Source: an uncultured bacterium (GTDB lineage Bacteria; Oederibacteriota; JAAXVQ01; JAUVAV01). From it: a stretch of 32,000 nt of DNA. Both the position numbers and the translations under genes were made by a program. Below the pieces are notes generated by a model. The model was not told the DNA's origin. It did no database searches and worked only from the letters and a program-made list of their open reading frames with translations. Position 1 is the first letter of the stretch, and every line of letters starts with the position of its first letter. The DNA is taken from assembly GCA_964630235.1 (NCBI GenBank), contig CAZVUO010000001.1:1026506-1058505 (forward strand), in the 5' to 3' direction. Positions 18,568-25,239 of the stretch are shown one piece after another.

Positions 18568-18583
18568 TAAGTTATTAACTTAA
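18553..18583 (+). repeat. Junction motif copy i (palindromic variant)
   Basis: gaatggggacggagttaagttattaacttaa. Here the AT-rich part is a perfect palindrome, TTAAGTTA-T-TAACTTAA. Confidence 0.8.
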
Positions 18584-18843
18584 GGATCAGAGCAAAATAA
18601 ACCGCCGCTGCCAGCCATTTAAATCCAGATTGCCGCGGCCCTCTGGTCCTCGCAATTGTATGCGGGACACTGGTGAATGAATAACTTAAGTACAGAAAAA
18701 ACAGCAAGGAATTATAGTTGTTGGTTAGAAGTTAAGCTACTAATTCACCAGTGTCCCCGAGAGCATAGACACGCCACCTTGATTGGTATTATACTACTTT
18801 TTCGATGAGTCCTCTTTTTTGGGGGAAGCCCACTCCGTCCCCA
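18556..18843. mobile_element. Candidate 288-nt MITE-like element with 12-nt perfect terminal inverted repeats
   Basis: TGGGGACGGAGT at 18556-18567 and its reverse complement ACTCCGTCCCCA at 18832-18843. The interior holds a REP-B piece and the long hairpin at 18664-18757. No coding capacity. Confidence 0.5.
18664..18757. repeat. Long hairpin (15-bp perfect stem, 64-nt loop)
   Basis: gggacactggtgaat (18664-18678) pairs with attcaccagtgtccc (18743-18757). The loop is AT-rich with repeated AACTTAAG/AGTTAAG words. Confidence 0.7.
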
Positions 18844-18879
18844 ATACGAGAACATATTTATCTGACGCGGGAGGCTTAA

Positions 18880-20157
18880 ATGCTATGCCTTTGGAAAGTA
18901 AAAATCAAATTCACCATCGAATTCGAGGCTGATTTAGATACCGAACCTTCCAAAATCCTGCCACCCGAATTGCTCAGCATTCCGGAATTAAAAGCCATGC
19001 TGGAATTTTTAAGCAAAATCAAAGTCCACAGTGTAATGAACAACACGCCCCTGGAAATGGAATTTGAGGTGGATAAAAACGGGCAGATCTGCGGGGAATT
19101 GAAAATCGCCAATACGTTTGACCTGGACCAGGATGCCAAAGCAGATCAATTCGAGATTTATTCGGCTACAGGAGAGTTGAAACAATCAACGGATTATACT
19201 GCGGCAGAGGTCAAGACCGGCCGGGAAATCAAGATTGAGGACGAACGTCTGGCCGCCAAAGGCGTTTCCGGGGAGCAACCGGACCGGACTTTCGGCGTGG
19301 ATTTCAATCTGGGGTTTGATGTGCCGACAAAATACACCATGAAAATACCCTTTGTGCCGCCCCCGGCTGACAGCCAATTATCCCAGACCTACAAGGACAT
19401 AGCCTATTTTGATTATGACTACACCAAAATCACCAACACGGCCGCTTCCCGGGAATTGCAGCTGCCGGATGCGGTTACTAACATATTCACCAACATTAAT
19501 GCCAGGACCTATACCGCGGAGGCGACCATCACCCGCAAGGATTGGTGGCTGCGGCAGAATATCAAAAGCAGCAGCGTGCGAACCCCGACCAGCAAAGCGC
19601 CGACCAAAGGCGGCACCTGGGTGGATCTGGACAAAGATCCCAATGCGACTTATGACCCGGAGGGCGGCGGGCTGCTTTTGCATGGAAACGTGACTTTTGA
19701 TTTGGCGGGGGCGCCGGCCAATACCATTGAACAATTCAACACGGTCCGGGATATGCGGGTTTGGAACAAAAAACCAGGCGGATCTGACCCCGGGTTCGGG
19801 GAACTGCAGCCCTGGCATGATGACTGTCTGGGTGATCAGCCCAACACATTTCGACCGAGCTGGTTTGATCTGCCGGGTAATCTTTATCCCCTGGAGCACA
19901 AGGCGGACAACCTGCCCAATGAAATCTATTTGGCGGAGTTTCTGTGGGCGGTGCAAAGTTATCCGGAATTTGGGATGCTATATTATTATGTGATGATAGA
20001 AACTAAACCGAATTATTACCGGTTGTTTGTTTCTCCGGCAGTGAATGTGAGTGAAAAACAATGGGAAGCACTGCGATCTTCAAAATCGCCCGGGAAAATA
20101 TCCGAAGACCTGTTAAAAAAACTACCCTGGAAAAAAGTGGTTCTGCCCAAAAAATAA
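18880..20157 (+). CDS. Hypothetical 425-aa protein, no recognisable domain
   Basis: The ATG lies 5 nt after GGGAGG (18869-18874). The long ORF shows no signal peptide, TM segment or catalytic motif that I can recognise. It sits between repeat DNA and the REP-D hairpin. Confidence 0.7.
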   Translation: MLCLWKVKIKFTIEFEADLDTEPSKILPPELLSIPELKAMLEFLSKIKVHSVMNNTPLEMEFEVDKNGQICGELKIANTFDLDQDAKADQFEIYSATGELKQSTDYTAAEVKTGREIKIEDERLAAKGVSGEQPDRTFGVDFNLGFDVPTKYTMKIPFVPPPADSQLSQTYKDIAYFDYDYTKITNTAASRELQLPDAVTNIFTNINARTYTAEATITRKDWWLRQNIKSSSVRTPTSKAPTKGGTWVDLDKDPNATYDPEGGGLLLHGNVTFDLAGAPANTIEQFNTVRDMRVWNKKPGGSDPGFGELQPWHDDCLGDQPNTFRPSWFDLPGNLYPLEHKADNLPNEIYLAEFLWAVQSYPEFGMLYYYVMIETKPNYYRLFVSPAVNVSEKQWEALRSSKSPGKISEDLLKKLPWKKVVLPKK

Positions 20158-20196
20158 ATAGGCCCGAAATGCAGTGAATAATTGATGATGTGTCCA

Positions 20197-20225
20197 CCCT
20201 CACCCTCTCCCTCAAGGGAGAGGGG
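20197..20225. repeat. REP-D palindrome, right island edge; probable bidirectional terminator
   Basis: ccctcaccctctccctcaagggagagggg, with a 9-bp stem ccctctccc/gggagaggg. It lies between the convergent genes ending at 20157 and 20229 and is the inverted copy of 10389-10418. Confidence 0.7.
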
Positions 20226-20228
20226 CGC

Positions 20229-20978
20229 TTATTTTCCCACCTCCACCTCCACTGGCAAAGCCTCTGCTTTTACCTCTTCCACGATCTTGCACATGACCGG
20301 GGTTTGGTGATAGGAAGCATGCAAAGTGTATCGGCCTGGCCCGCTGAAGAAGACGACCATAAAGCCTCTCAGCATTTCCTTATCCTTAATATGATTTTTG
20401 ATCCACGCGCGGTTGACGCCAAAGACCAGTATGGATGACCGCTCGATCTCGGGAATGGTCTTGAGCTCGTCCATGCCATCTGGGTCCAGGGTCGCGACTG
20501 ACAACTGTTCGGGTTTCAGCTCGGAATTAGGGACCCAGCAGGCCTGCAAGGCCGTAACGTGCCCGGCCCCTGGCTTAAGCACCTTGCCGGCCTTGCGCAC
20601 CGCGTCCTCGTTCACCGGCTCGGCTGGCGGTCCATAGTAAGTGCGCAGTTCGTGGCCAGACGCGCTCTGGCCCTGGGCCTGGGGTTTGAACTTGAGGTCC
20701 CATTCCATGCCCATGCTGGCCACTGAGATCTGCCAGGACAAGGCAGTATAGGCCGGGTAGATCGTGACCGGCAGGGGCGAGTTATTGGTCAGGCGCAAAC
20801 GGATGGTGACATCGCGCATTTTATGGCTGGGCCACAGCGCTGGTTCGATCTCGGCTTCAAGCAGGATGTTCATGGCGTTTCCTTTCTCCGCCGCCGAAAC
20901 AGCGGGCGCGCAGGCCGTAAAGGAAACAAGAAGAACGCCTGCGCCAAAATACCGTATCACGTCCAGCAATGCTCCCAC
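20229..20978 (-). CDS. Hypothetical secreted protein / possible lipoprotein
   Basis: N-terminal signal-like segment RYFGAGVLLVSFTACAPAVSAAE (possible lipobox FTAC). GGAGG-rich RBS. The start is ambiguous (GTG 20978 or TTG 20969). No recognisable domain. Confidence 0.72.
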   Translation of the reverse strand: MGALLDVIRYFGAGVLLVSFTACAPAVSAAEKGNAMNILLEAEIEPALWPSHKMRDVTIRLRLTNNSPLPVTIYPAYTALSWQISVASMGMEWDLKFKPQAQGQSASGHELRTYYGPPAEPVNEDAVRKAGKVLKPGAGHVTALQACWVPNSELKPEQLSVATLDPDGMDELKTIPEIERSSILVFGVNRAWIKNHIKDKEMLRGFMVVFFSGPGRYTLHASYHQTPVMCKIVEEVKAEALPVEVEVGK

Positions 20979-21287
20979 CTCCTCATCCTTCGCGTTCTGC
21001 GGGCACCCAAGTCAATTCTAGGACGATAAAACCGGGAAAAACAGGGAAAATTCAATTTTTCCAGGATGGCGCCGATTGTCTGCCCAGTGCCTAAAAAAAT
21101 CCGCTTTTGGAACTGCCTGGAAAATCAGCCTGTTTTAAAGCCGGTTCGCGTAAAAAAAAACGATTTGCAGCTCCCTCGAATATTCCCCTTCAAATTCAAC
21201 CCTTTTTCAACCCCGTCCAGCCGCCTGGACCGCCATTTTTTCTGAAACCTTTTTCGCCTGGCGGTGTCACACTTTACGATTGACCTT

Positions 21288-21367
21288 GCTTCAGCAGCAG
21301 CGACCCCTCCGGTGCTGAAGCAGAGCCCAGCCAGGTCCTCCCAGGATCTGGCTGGGTCTTTTTTTTA
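21288..21367 (+). terminator. Two consecutive hairpins ending in a T-run (orphan terminator / attenuator-like)
   Basis: gcttcagca (21288-21296) pairs with tgctgaagc (21313-21321). Then cccagccag (21326-21334) pairs with ctggctggg (21348-21356), followed by tcttttttttat. Confidence 0.55.
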
Positions 21368-21500
21368 TCCCCTGCGCAGGACACATCGCATGAGTAAGAG
21401 CTGACGTCCTGCTTCGGGGATGTCGCTGTTTCCCATCCCCTCCGCAGGGGGGCTCCATAAATCACTTGCCAGCCACTGTGCCGTTGTTTACATTACCTGT

Positions 21501-22151
21501 ATGGCCTCTCCCAAGCACGAACTCCCCATCCCGGAAAACCTGCAGTGCGCGGAGCACAACCGGACCGGCAAGTGGAAATGCGGGGTGTGCGGCCAGCCCG
21601 TGTGCAGTGAATGCAAACCCGTGGCTTTCAATTACCAGGTTTTCCATCCCCGCTGTATAGCCGAAGCGCACCGCCGCCAGGAGCGCGGGGAACAGCTCAA
21701 GCAGGAGGCTGAGGCGCCTTCGCCAGGTCTGAGGTTCGTGGCATGGAGCTTCATGGTCGGCGGCATGCTCCTGTTCGGACTGGCCCTGCTTTTTTTCGGC
21801 CTCTCCCTGTTCAGTCATTCCATGCCCATCCGGGCCATCATGGCCGGGACCGTGGCGCCGAGTCTGGATTCCATTCCCGGCAGCCGCACCGTGCTGAACT
21901 GGATGGGCGCCATCAGCCTGGGGTTGAGTGCGGGCGTGTTTTTGCTGGGCGTGGGCCTGCTCAATTGCGTGGCTGCCAGCCGCCAGATCGTCCTGTTCCT
22001 GGCTTGGACCGAGGTCATTGTGGCCGCGCTGGTGTGGACGGTGGTGTTGATGATGGGCGAGGGGTTCTGGGATGTGCCGGTGCTTGGCGCGTTCCTGATC
22101 GTGTTTTTTTCGCGCCGCGGCGTGAAGCGGCAGTTCGAGAAGGTGTTGTAA
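21501..22151 (+). CDS. Membrane protein with N-terminal Cys-rich (B-box-like) zinc finger
   Basis: ATG at 21501 inside ORF 21420..22151. Has CAEHNRTGKWKCGVCGQPVCSECKPVAFNYQVFHPRC, then about 4 hydrophobic helices. Confidence 0.7.
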   Translation: MASPKHELPIPENLQCAEHNRTGKWKCGVCGQPVCSECKPVAFNYQVFHPRCIAEAHRRQERGEQLKQEAEAPSPGLRFVAWSFMVGGMLLFGLALLFFGLSLFSHSMPIRAIMAGTVAPSLDSIPGSRTVLNWMGAISLGLSAGVFLLGVGLLNCVAASRQIVLFLAWTEVIVAALVWTVVLMMGEGFWDVPVLGAFLIVFFSRRGVKRQFEKVL

Positions 22152-22173
22152 CGGACGGTGTTATATTTATTAC

Positions 22174-22258
22174 GTCACCCCGGCATGGTCCTAGCCGGGG
22201 TCCAGGGCATTAGGAGGGAAAAAATGCTGGATTCCGGCTGACGACCTGCCGGAATGAC
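22174..22258. repeat. Inverted pair of REP-A palindromes
   Basis: gtcaccccggcatggtcctagccggggtccag (22174-22205) and ctggattccggctgacgacctgccggaatgac (22227-22258). Confidence 0.8.
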
Positions 22259-22272
22259 GCAAAAGAAAATTG

Positions 22273-22364
22273 GTCATTGCGAACCCGAAGGGCGCGGCAA
22301 TCTGTCAGTTCGAAGAGGGATTGCTTCGTTGCCCTTCGACAAGCTCAGGGCGCCTCGCAATGAC
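22273..22364 (+). repeat. ~91-nt REP-B composite with 10-11-nt terminal inverted repeats
   Basis: GTCATTGCGAacccgaagggcgcggcaatc...gcccttcgacaagctcagggcgcCTCGCAATGAC. A direct copy is at 22842-22932. The window also starts (1-10) with the ctcgcaatga end of such an element. Confidence 0.8.
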
Positions 22365-22386
22365 ACGAACGATGCGTCGCCCCGGA

Positions 22387-22767
22387 TTAGTCCGCTTCCC
22401 GCGGGCCGCGGCGGTCGGCCTTGCGCTTGGCCTGATAGTGTTTGGAATCCAGCCGCCGGGCCTGCGCCGCGGCTGACGGGCGGCGGTGCTTGCGCCTGAG
22501 TTTTTCCCGCGCCGAACGCTCGGCCGCGAGCTGGGCCTGGCGCCGCGCCGCGAGCTTTTCGGTCAGCAGCTGCCGCGCCAGGGCGCGATTCCGGCTTTGC
22601 GAGCGCTCGGACTGACAGCGCACCTCGAGGCCCGTGGGCCGGTGGCGCAGGACCACGCAGGTGGAGGTTTTGTTAACGTGCTGGCCGCCAGGGCCCTGGC
22701 TGCGCACGAAGCGCTCCTCCAGGTCCTGCTCGCGCAGGGGAAAAGGATTGTAGTTATGGGATGTCAT
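22387..22767 (-). CDS. arfB: RF-1 domain (GGQ) peptidyl-tRNA hydrolase, ArfB-like ribosome rescue factor
   Basis: RSQGPGGQHVNKTSTCVVLRH (GGQ motif) plus a basic C-terminal tail (KLRRKHRRP...KRKADRR). The size (126 aa) fits ArfB/YaeJ-type proteins. Confidence 0.78.
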   Translation of the reverse strand: MTSHNYNPFPLREQDLEERFVRSQGPGGQHVNKTSTCVVLRHRPTGLEVRCQSERSQSRNRALARQLLTEKLAARRQAQLAAERSAREKLRRKHRRPSAAAQARRLDSKHYQAKRKADRRGPREAD

Positions 22768-22841
22768 CTCGCAGTCCTCGTCGGTTATCCCCTCCCCCTC
22801 GAGGGGTTTTATGATCTGTGCAACTGCTGAATCACCAAGTT

Positions 22842-22932
22842 GTCATTGCGAGCCCGAAGGGCGTGGCAATCCGATTGGTAGCCGGGGATTGCTTCGGCGC
22901 CCTTCGACAAGCTCAGGGCACCTCGCAATGAC
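22842..22932 (+). repeat. ~91-nt REP-B composite, second copy
   Basis: GTCATTGCGAGcccgaagggcgtggcaatc...cttcgacaagctcagggcacCTCGCAATGAC. Same orientation as 22273-22364, so the two copies flank the arfB-like gene. Confidence 0.8.
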
Positions 22933-23008
22933 TTATCAATTGATTATTCTACTGTCCGGCCTGTGAAATGAGAAGGATTAATACACTTGCACTGAAAGGA
23001 CCTTCACC

Positions 23009-23668
23009 ATGCCCTGGATGACCGGGCTGTTCAATCTAGCCATGCTGTTGGGCCTGGCGTATCTGGCTTACAAACTCGCCTGGGTGCCTCTGTTCGCGGT
23101 GCTCAACGCCGTGCTGACCGAGGTGCCCAAGGTTTTGCGCCAGCAGGCCGCGGTCAGGGCCGGCAAAGGCGCGGCGGTCAAGGCGCCGGAAGCGGATAAA
23201 ATCCCGCTCTGGCCGCTCGGGGCCGCGTATCTCCTGTGGGGGTACGGGCTGGCGCGGATCACCTCCGCCGCGGCGATCATTGCGGGCCGAACGTTTGACT
23301 TGCCTGACTGGAGTTACCAGCTCCTGGCTTCGTTCCTGCTGGGTCTGTATCTCGCCGCCGACCGGCTGGCCACGCTCCGGTACGCGGAGGTGAGGGGCCA
23401 TGCCGGCCTGCGGGCCGCGTACCTGCGCCTGAGCTGGCTCATTGCCGGGCTCGGCGTCTACGGCCTGCTGCACGTGTGGCTGTGGCCGGCGTTCGGCGGC
23501 AGGGGCTGGGTTCTCCCGCTCCTGGGCTGGGTCCAGCAGTTGCTGTCTATCGCCGGGGCGGGCATCGCCCTGGGCGTGGTGGGGCTGATCTATCTGGTCC
23601 GTCTAATGTTCCGTCTTTTCTTTTATTGGCGGCGCCGGGAGACCGGTGCCAAGCGTCAAGGACGTTAA
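23009..23668 (+). CDS. Hypothetical integral membrane protein
   Basis: 219 aa with about 6 hydrophobic segments. No motif recognised. Confidence 0.6.
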   Translation: MPWMTGLFNLAMLLGLAYLAYKLAWVPLFAVLNAVLTEVPKVLRQQAAVRAGKGAAVKAPEADKIPLWPLGAAYLLWGYGLARITSAAAIIAGRTFDLPDWSYQLLASFLLGLYLAADRLATLRYAEVRGHAGLRAAYLRLSWLIAGLGVYGLLHVWLWPAFGGRGWVLPLLGWVQQLLSIAGAGIALGVVGLIYLVRLMFRLFFYWRRRETGAKRQGR

Positions 23669-23680
23669 AGGGAGGGAAGC

Positions 23681-23908
23681 ATGCCGTCGGAAACGAACAA
23701 CACGGCTTTGGGCCTGATCATCGTGGGCGCCCTGCTGAGCCTGATGCGGGAACTGATCACCAAGTGGTACCTCGCCCTGTACCAATGGCTCAGAAAAAAA
23801 CCGCCGAACCCGCGCCTGGGACCGCTGTTTCAAATGTATTTGATGCTGACCGGCATGATGCTGACCGTGATGGGACTGCTCTGGCTTTTTGGGGTTGTGA
23901 AGCTCTAA
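23681..23908 (+). CDS. Hypothetical small membrane protein
   Basis: 75 aa with two hydrophobic helices. A GGGAGGGA RBS lies upstream. Starts 12 nt after the preceding gene. Confidence 0.45.
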   Translation: MPSETNNTALGLIIVGALLSLMRELITKWYLALYQWLRKKPPNPRLGPLFQMYLMLTGMMLTVMGLLWLFGVVKL

Positions 23909-24378
23909 GCCGTGGCGGGCTGGGGCTTGGCGGGCACCCGCATGGCTGTTTCCTCGATGTTCAGCAGTTTGGAAATGTTCGCGGACAGGGCGTCCAGGTC
24001 GAACGGTTTGCTCATGTACAGCTCGGCCTGAAAAACGTACAGGCCTTTGAACCTGGACATGAACTGGGTCATGGCGGTCAGGATGATGACCCGGATGTTC
24101 TTGGTGTCCGCGTTGCTTTTGATGCTGTGGCAGACCACCCAGCCGTCCACCTTGGGCATCATGATATCCAGCACCACCAGGTCCGGTTTCTCCTCCACCA
24201 CTTTTTCCAGGGCTTCCAGCCCGTCGTAGGCCGTGATCACCTGGTAGCCTTCGAATTTCAGCTGCAGCTGGATCAAACGCACCAGGGAGTCTTCGTCGTC
24301 CACCACCAGGATCTTTTTTGCGCGCTTGGCTTCCTGCAAGGCCGCGTCGTCGGGTCCGGTGATCAGGTTTTCTATCAT
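23905..24378 (-). CDS. Single-domain response regulator (CheY-like receiver)
   Basis: KILVVDDEDSLVRL...PDLVVLDIMMPKVDG...RVIILTA...MSKPFDLDAL carries the receiver acidic pocket, phospho-Asp and the conserved T and K. Confidence 0.88.
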   Translation of the reverse strand: MIENLITGPDDAALQEAKRAKKILVVDDEDSLVRLIQLQLKFEGYQVITAYDGLEALEKVVEEKPDLVVLDIMMPKVDGWVVCHSIKSNADTKNIRVIILTAMTQFMSRFKGLYVFQAELYMSKPFDLDALSANISKLLNIEETAMRVPAKPQPATA

Positions 24379-24720
24379 GGCTCACGGCCTCCGTTGCGTG
24401 ATAGAGCCCTCCGGCGACTGAAAGAAGTCCCTTGAGGGACCGAAGGGCTCCCACAGGGATACCCACTTCAACCTTCGCTGCCCCTTCTTGGAGACATCCC
24501 GGAGCAACGATCCCGCATTCACCCCGGGCAAGCATGCGGTGCCTTGCGGAGGGGATGGCGCCGCCGGAGCGGCTGAACGCTTGCGTTGATCAATTCCCCT
24601 CCGGGACAAAAGAGGCGGGGGAAAGAGGGGAAGGCGGAGGAGTCGGTCCCGGAGGATGGTGTCTGCTCCGCGAAAAGCGGCGGGGCGTGAAACCCGTGGT
24701 CAGGAAGTTCAGGGCGCGCT

Positions 24721-24798
24721 TCAGATCAGCAGCAAGCCGAACAGCATGAACAGCAGGCAGCCAGCGATCCACAAGTTATCTACCGGTTTCCATTCCAT
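24721..24798 (-). CDS. Candidate 25-aa hydrophobic peptide (speculative)
   Basis: Encodes MEWKPVDNLWIAGCLLFMLFGLLLI. GAGGG lies 4 nt upstream of the ATG. It sits alone in an ~890-nt gap, about 20 nt downstream (on the minus strand) of the 24821-24890 hairpin. Confidence 0.25.
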   Translation of the reverse strand: MEWKPVDNLWIAGCLLFMLFGLLLI

Positions 24799-24820
24799 GG
24801 CACCCTCTTGGAGCTGGTAG

Positions 24821-24890
24821 CGAGGGCGAAGCTGCTTTCAGGAGAACCGCCGCCGGGGGGTGGGTTAGGTCCGCCGCAGCTTCGCCCTCG
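24821..24890. repeat. Large hairpin (15-bp perfect stem, 40-nt GC-rich loop)
   Basis: cgagggcgaagctgc (24821-24835) pairs with gcagcttcgccctcg (24876-24890). On the + strand it is followed by agattttta. Confidence 0.7.
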
Positions 24891-25210
24891 AGATTTTTAC
24901 TTTCAGCGTCGTGGTTGGTGTCGCGGGTAATATATAATGCATAAGTCGTACCAACCGCAAATGCCCACTCATCTCGACAGTTCCCTGAAAACGGCTGCAA
25001 TATAGGCATAAAACCACAGCGGATTTTTTGTCTCAAAACGTCAGGGCTGGAATGGGGATTCTGTTCCCTAAAACCATGCCTGCGTTATACAGAATATGCG
25101 GCAGTATCCCTATGGCGGGGATTACCTATTATAGACAGGCTCGCGACAGGACGGTTTGGGGTCTGCTTCGGGTGTTTTCCATTTCGCTTTGCGTGTGTAT
25201 CTCTTTGCGC

Positions 25211-25239
25211 TTGACAGGCAAAAAAAATACGGAGATTAT
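25211..25239 (+). promoter_or_regulatory. Putative sigma70 promoter of purN-purH
   Basis: TTGACA (25211-25216), a 17-nt spacer and GATTAT (25234-25239). A GAGGAGGAGG RBS lies at 25251-25260, ahead of the ATG at 25273. Confidence 0.55.

Noticed and set aside
14361-18583. The 27-31-nt repeat as a CRISPR array.
   Set aside because: Spacing between copies ranges from 5 nt to about 1.5 kb, and the intervening DNA contains genes and other repeats. The repeat has no CRISPR-like palindrome and there are no cas genes in the window.
14361-18583. The repeat as integron attC sites (a cassette array or CALIN).
   Set aside because: Only ~13 nt upstream of the GTT positions are conserved. There is no inverse core (RYYYAAC) or L''/L' pairing partner, the motif is not an imperfect palindrome, and no intI/attI is visible. 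The cassette-like organisation is kept as an analogy only.
14361-18583. The repeat as Xer/dif-like sites (IMEX-type tandem integration). The motif starts with GGTGC and can be parsed 11-6-11 like dif.
   Set aside because: The two outer arms are not inverted repeats of each other, and similarity to the E. coli dif arms (recalled from memory) is about half the positions. This cannot be supported without knowing the genome's real dif site.
18553-18630. tRNA or tRNA 3'-end remnant. The reverse complement of TGG-N-GCCGGAG / TGG-G-GACGGAG looks like acceptor stem + discriminator + CCA, and copy i has a 5-bp stem / 7-nt loop T-arm-like hairpin.
   Set aside because: The loop lacks the TTCRA consensus. 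The other eight copies cannot form the T-arm. No matching 5' acceptor strand, anticodon arm or D arm is present at the required distances.
19378-19956. Antisense ORF 19378..19956(-) and the internal + frame ORFs 19409..19693 and 19697..19993.
   Set aside because: They are fully contained in the 425-aa ORF, which has a strong RBS and the longer frame. Their products are Arg/Pro/Gly-rich.
21274-21465. 63-aa ORF 21274..21465(-) in the divergent intergenic region.
   Set aside because: It is read through the double hairpin and T-run on the opposite strand, and it has no start context.
23476-24535. ORFs 23476..24435(+) and 23603..24535(-) overlapping the receiver gene and membrane-protein genes.
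   Set aside because: The response-regulator frame (23905..24378, -) carries the full receiver signature. The competing frames give His/Gly/Arg-rich low-complexity products.
24776-25036. 86-aa ORF 24776..25036(-) in the large gap.
   Set aside because: It has no RBS, a mixed and implausible composition, and reads straight through the 15-bp-stem hairpin. I cannot fully exclude it.
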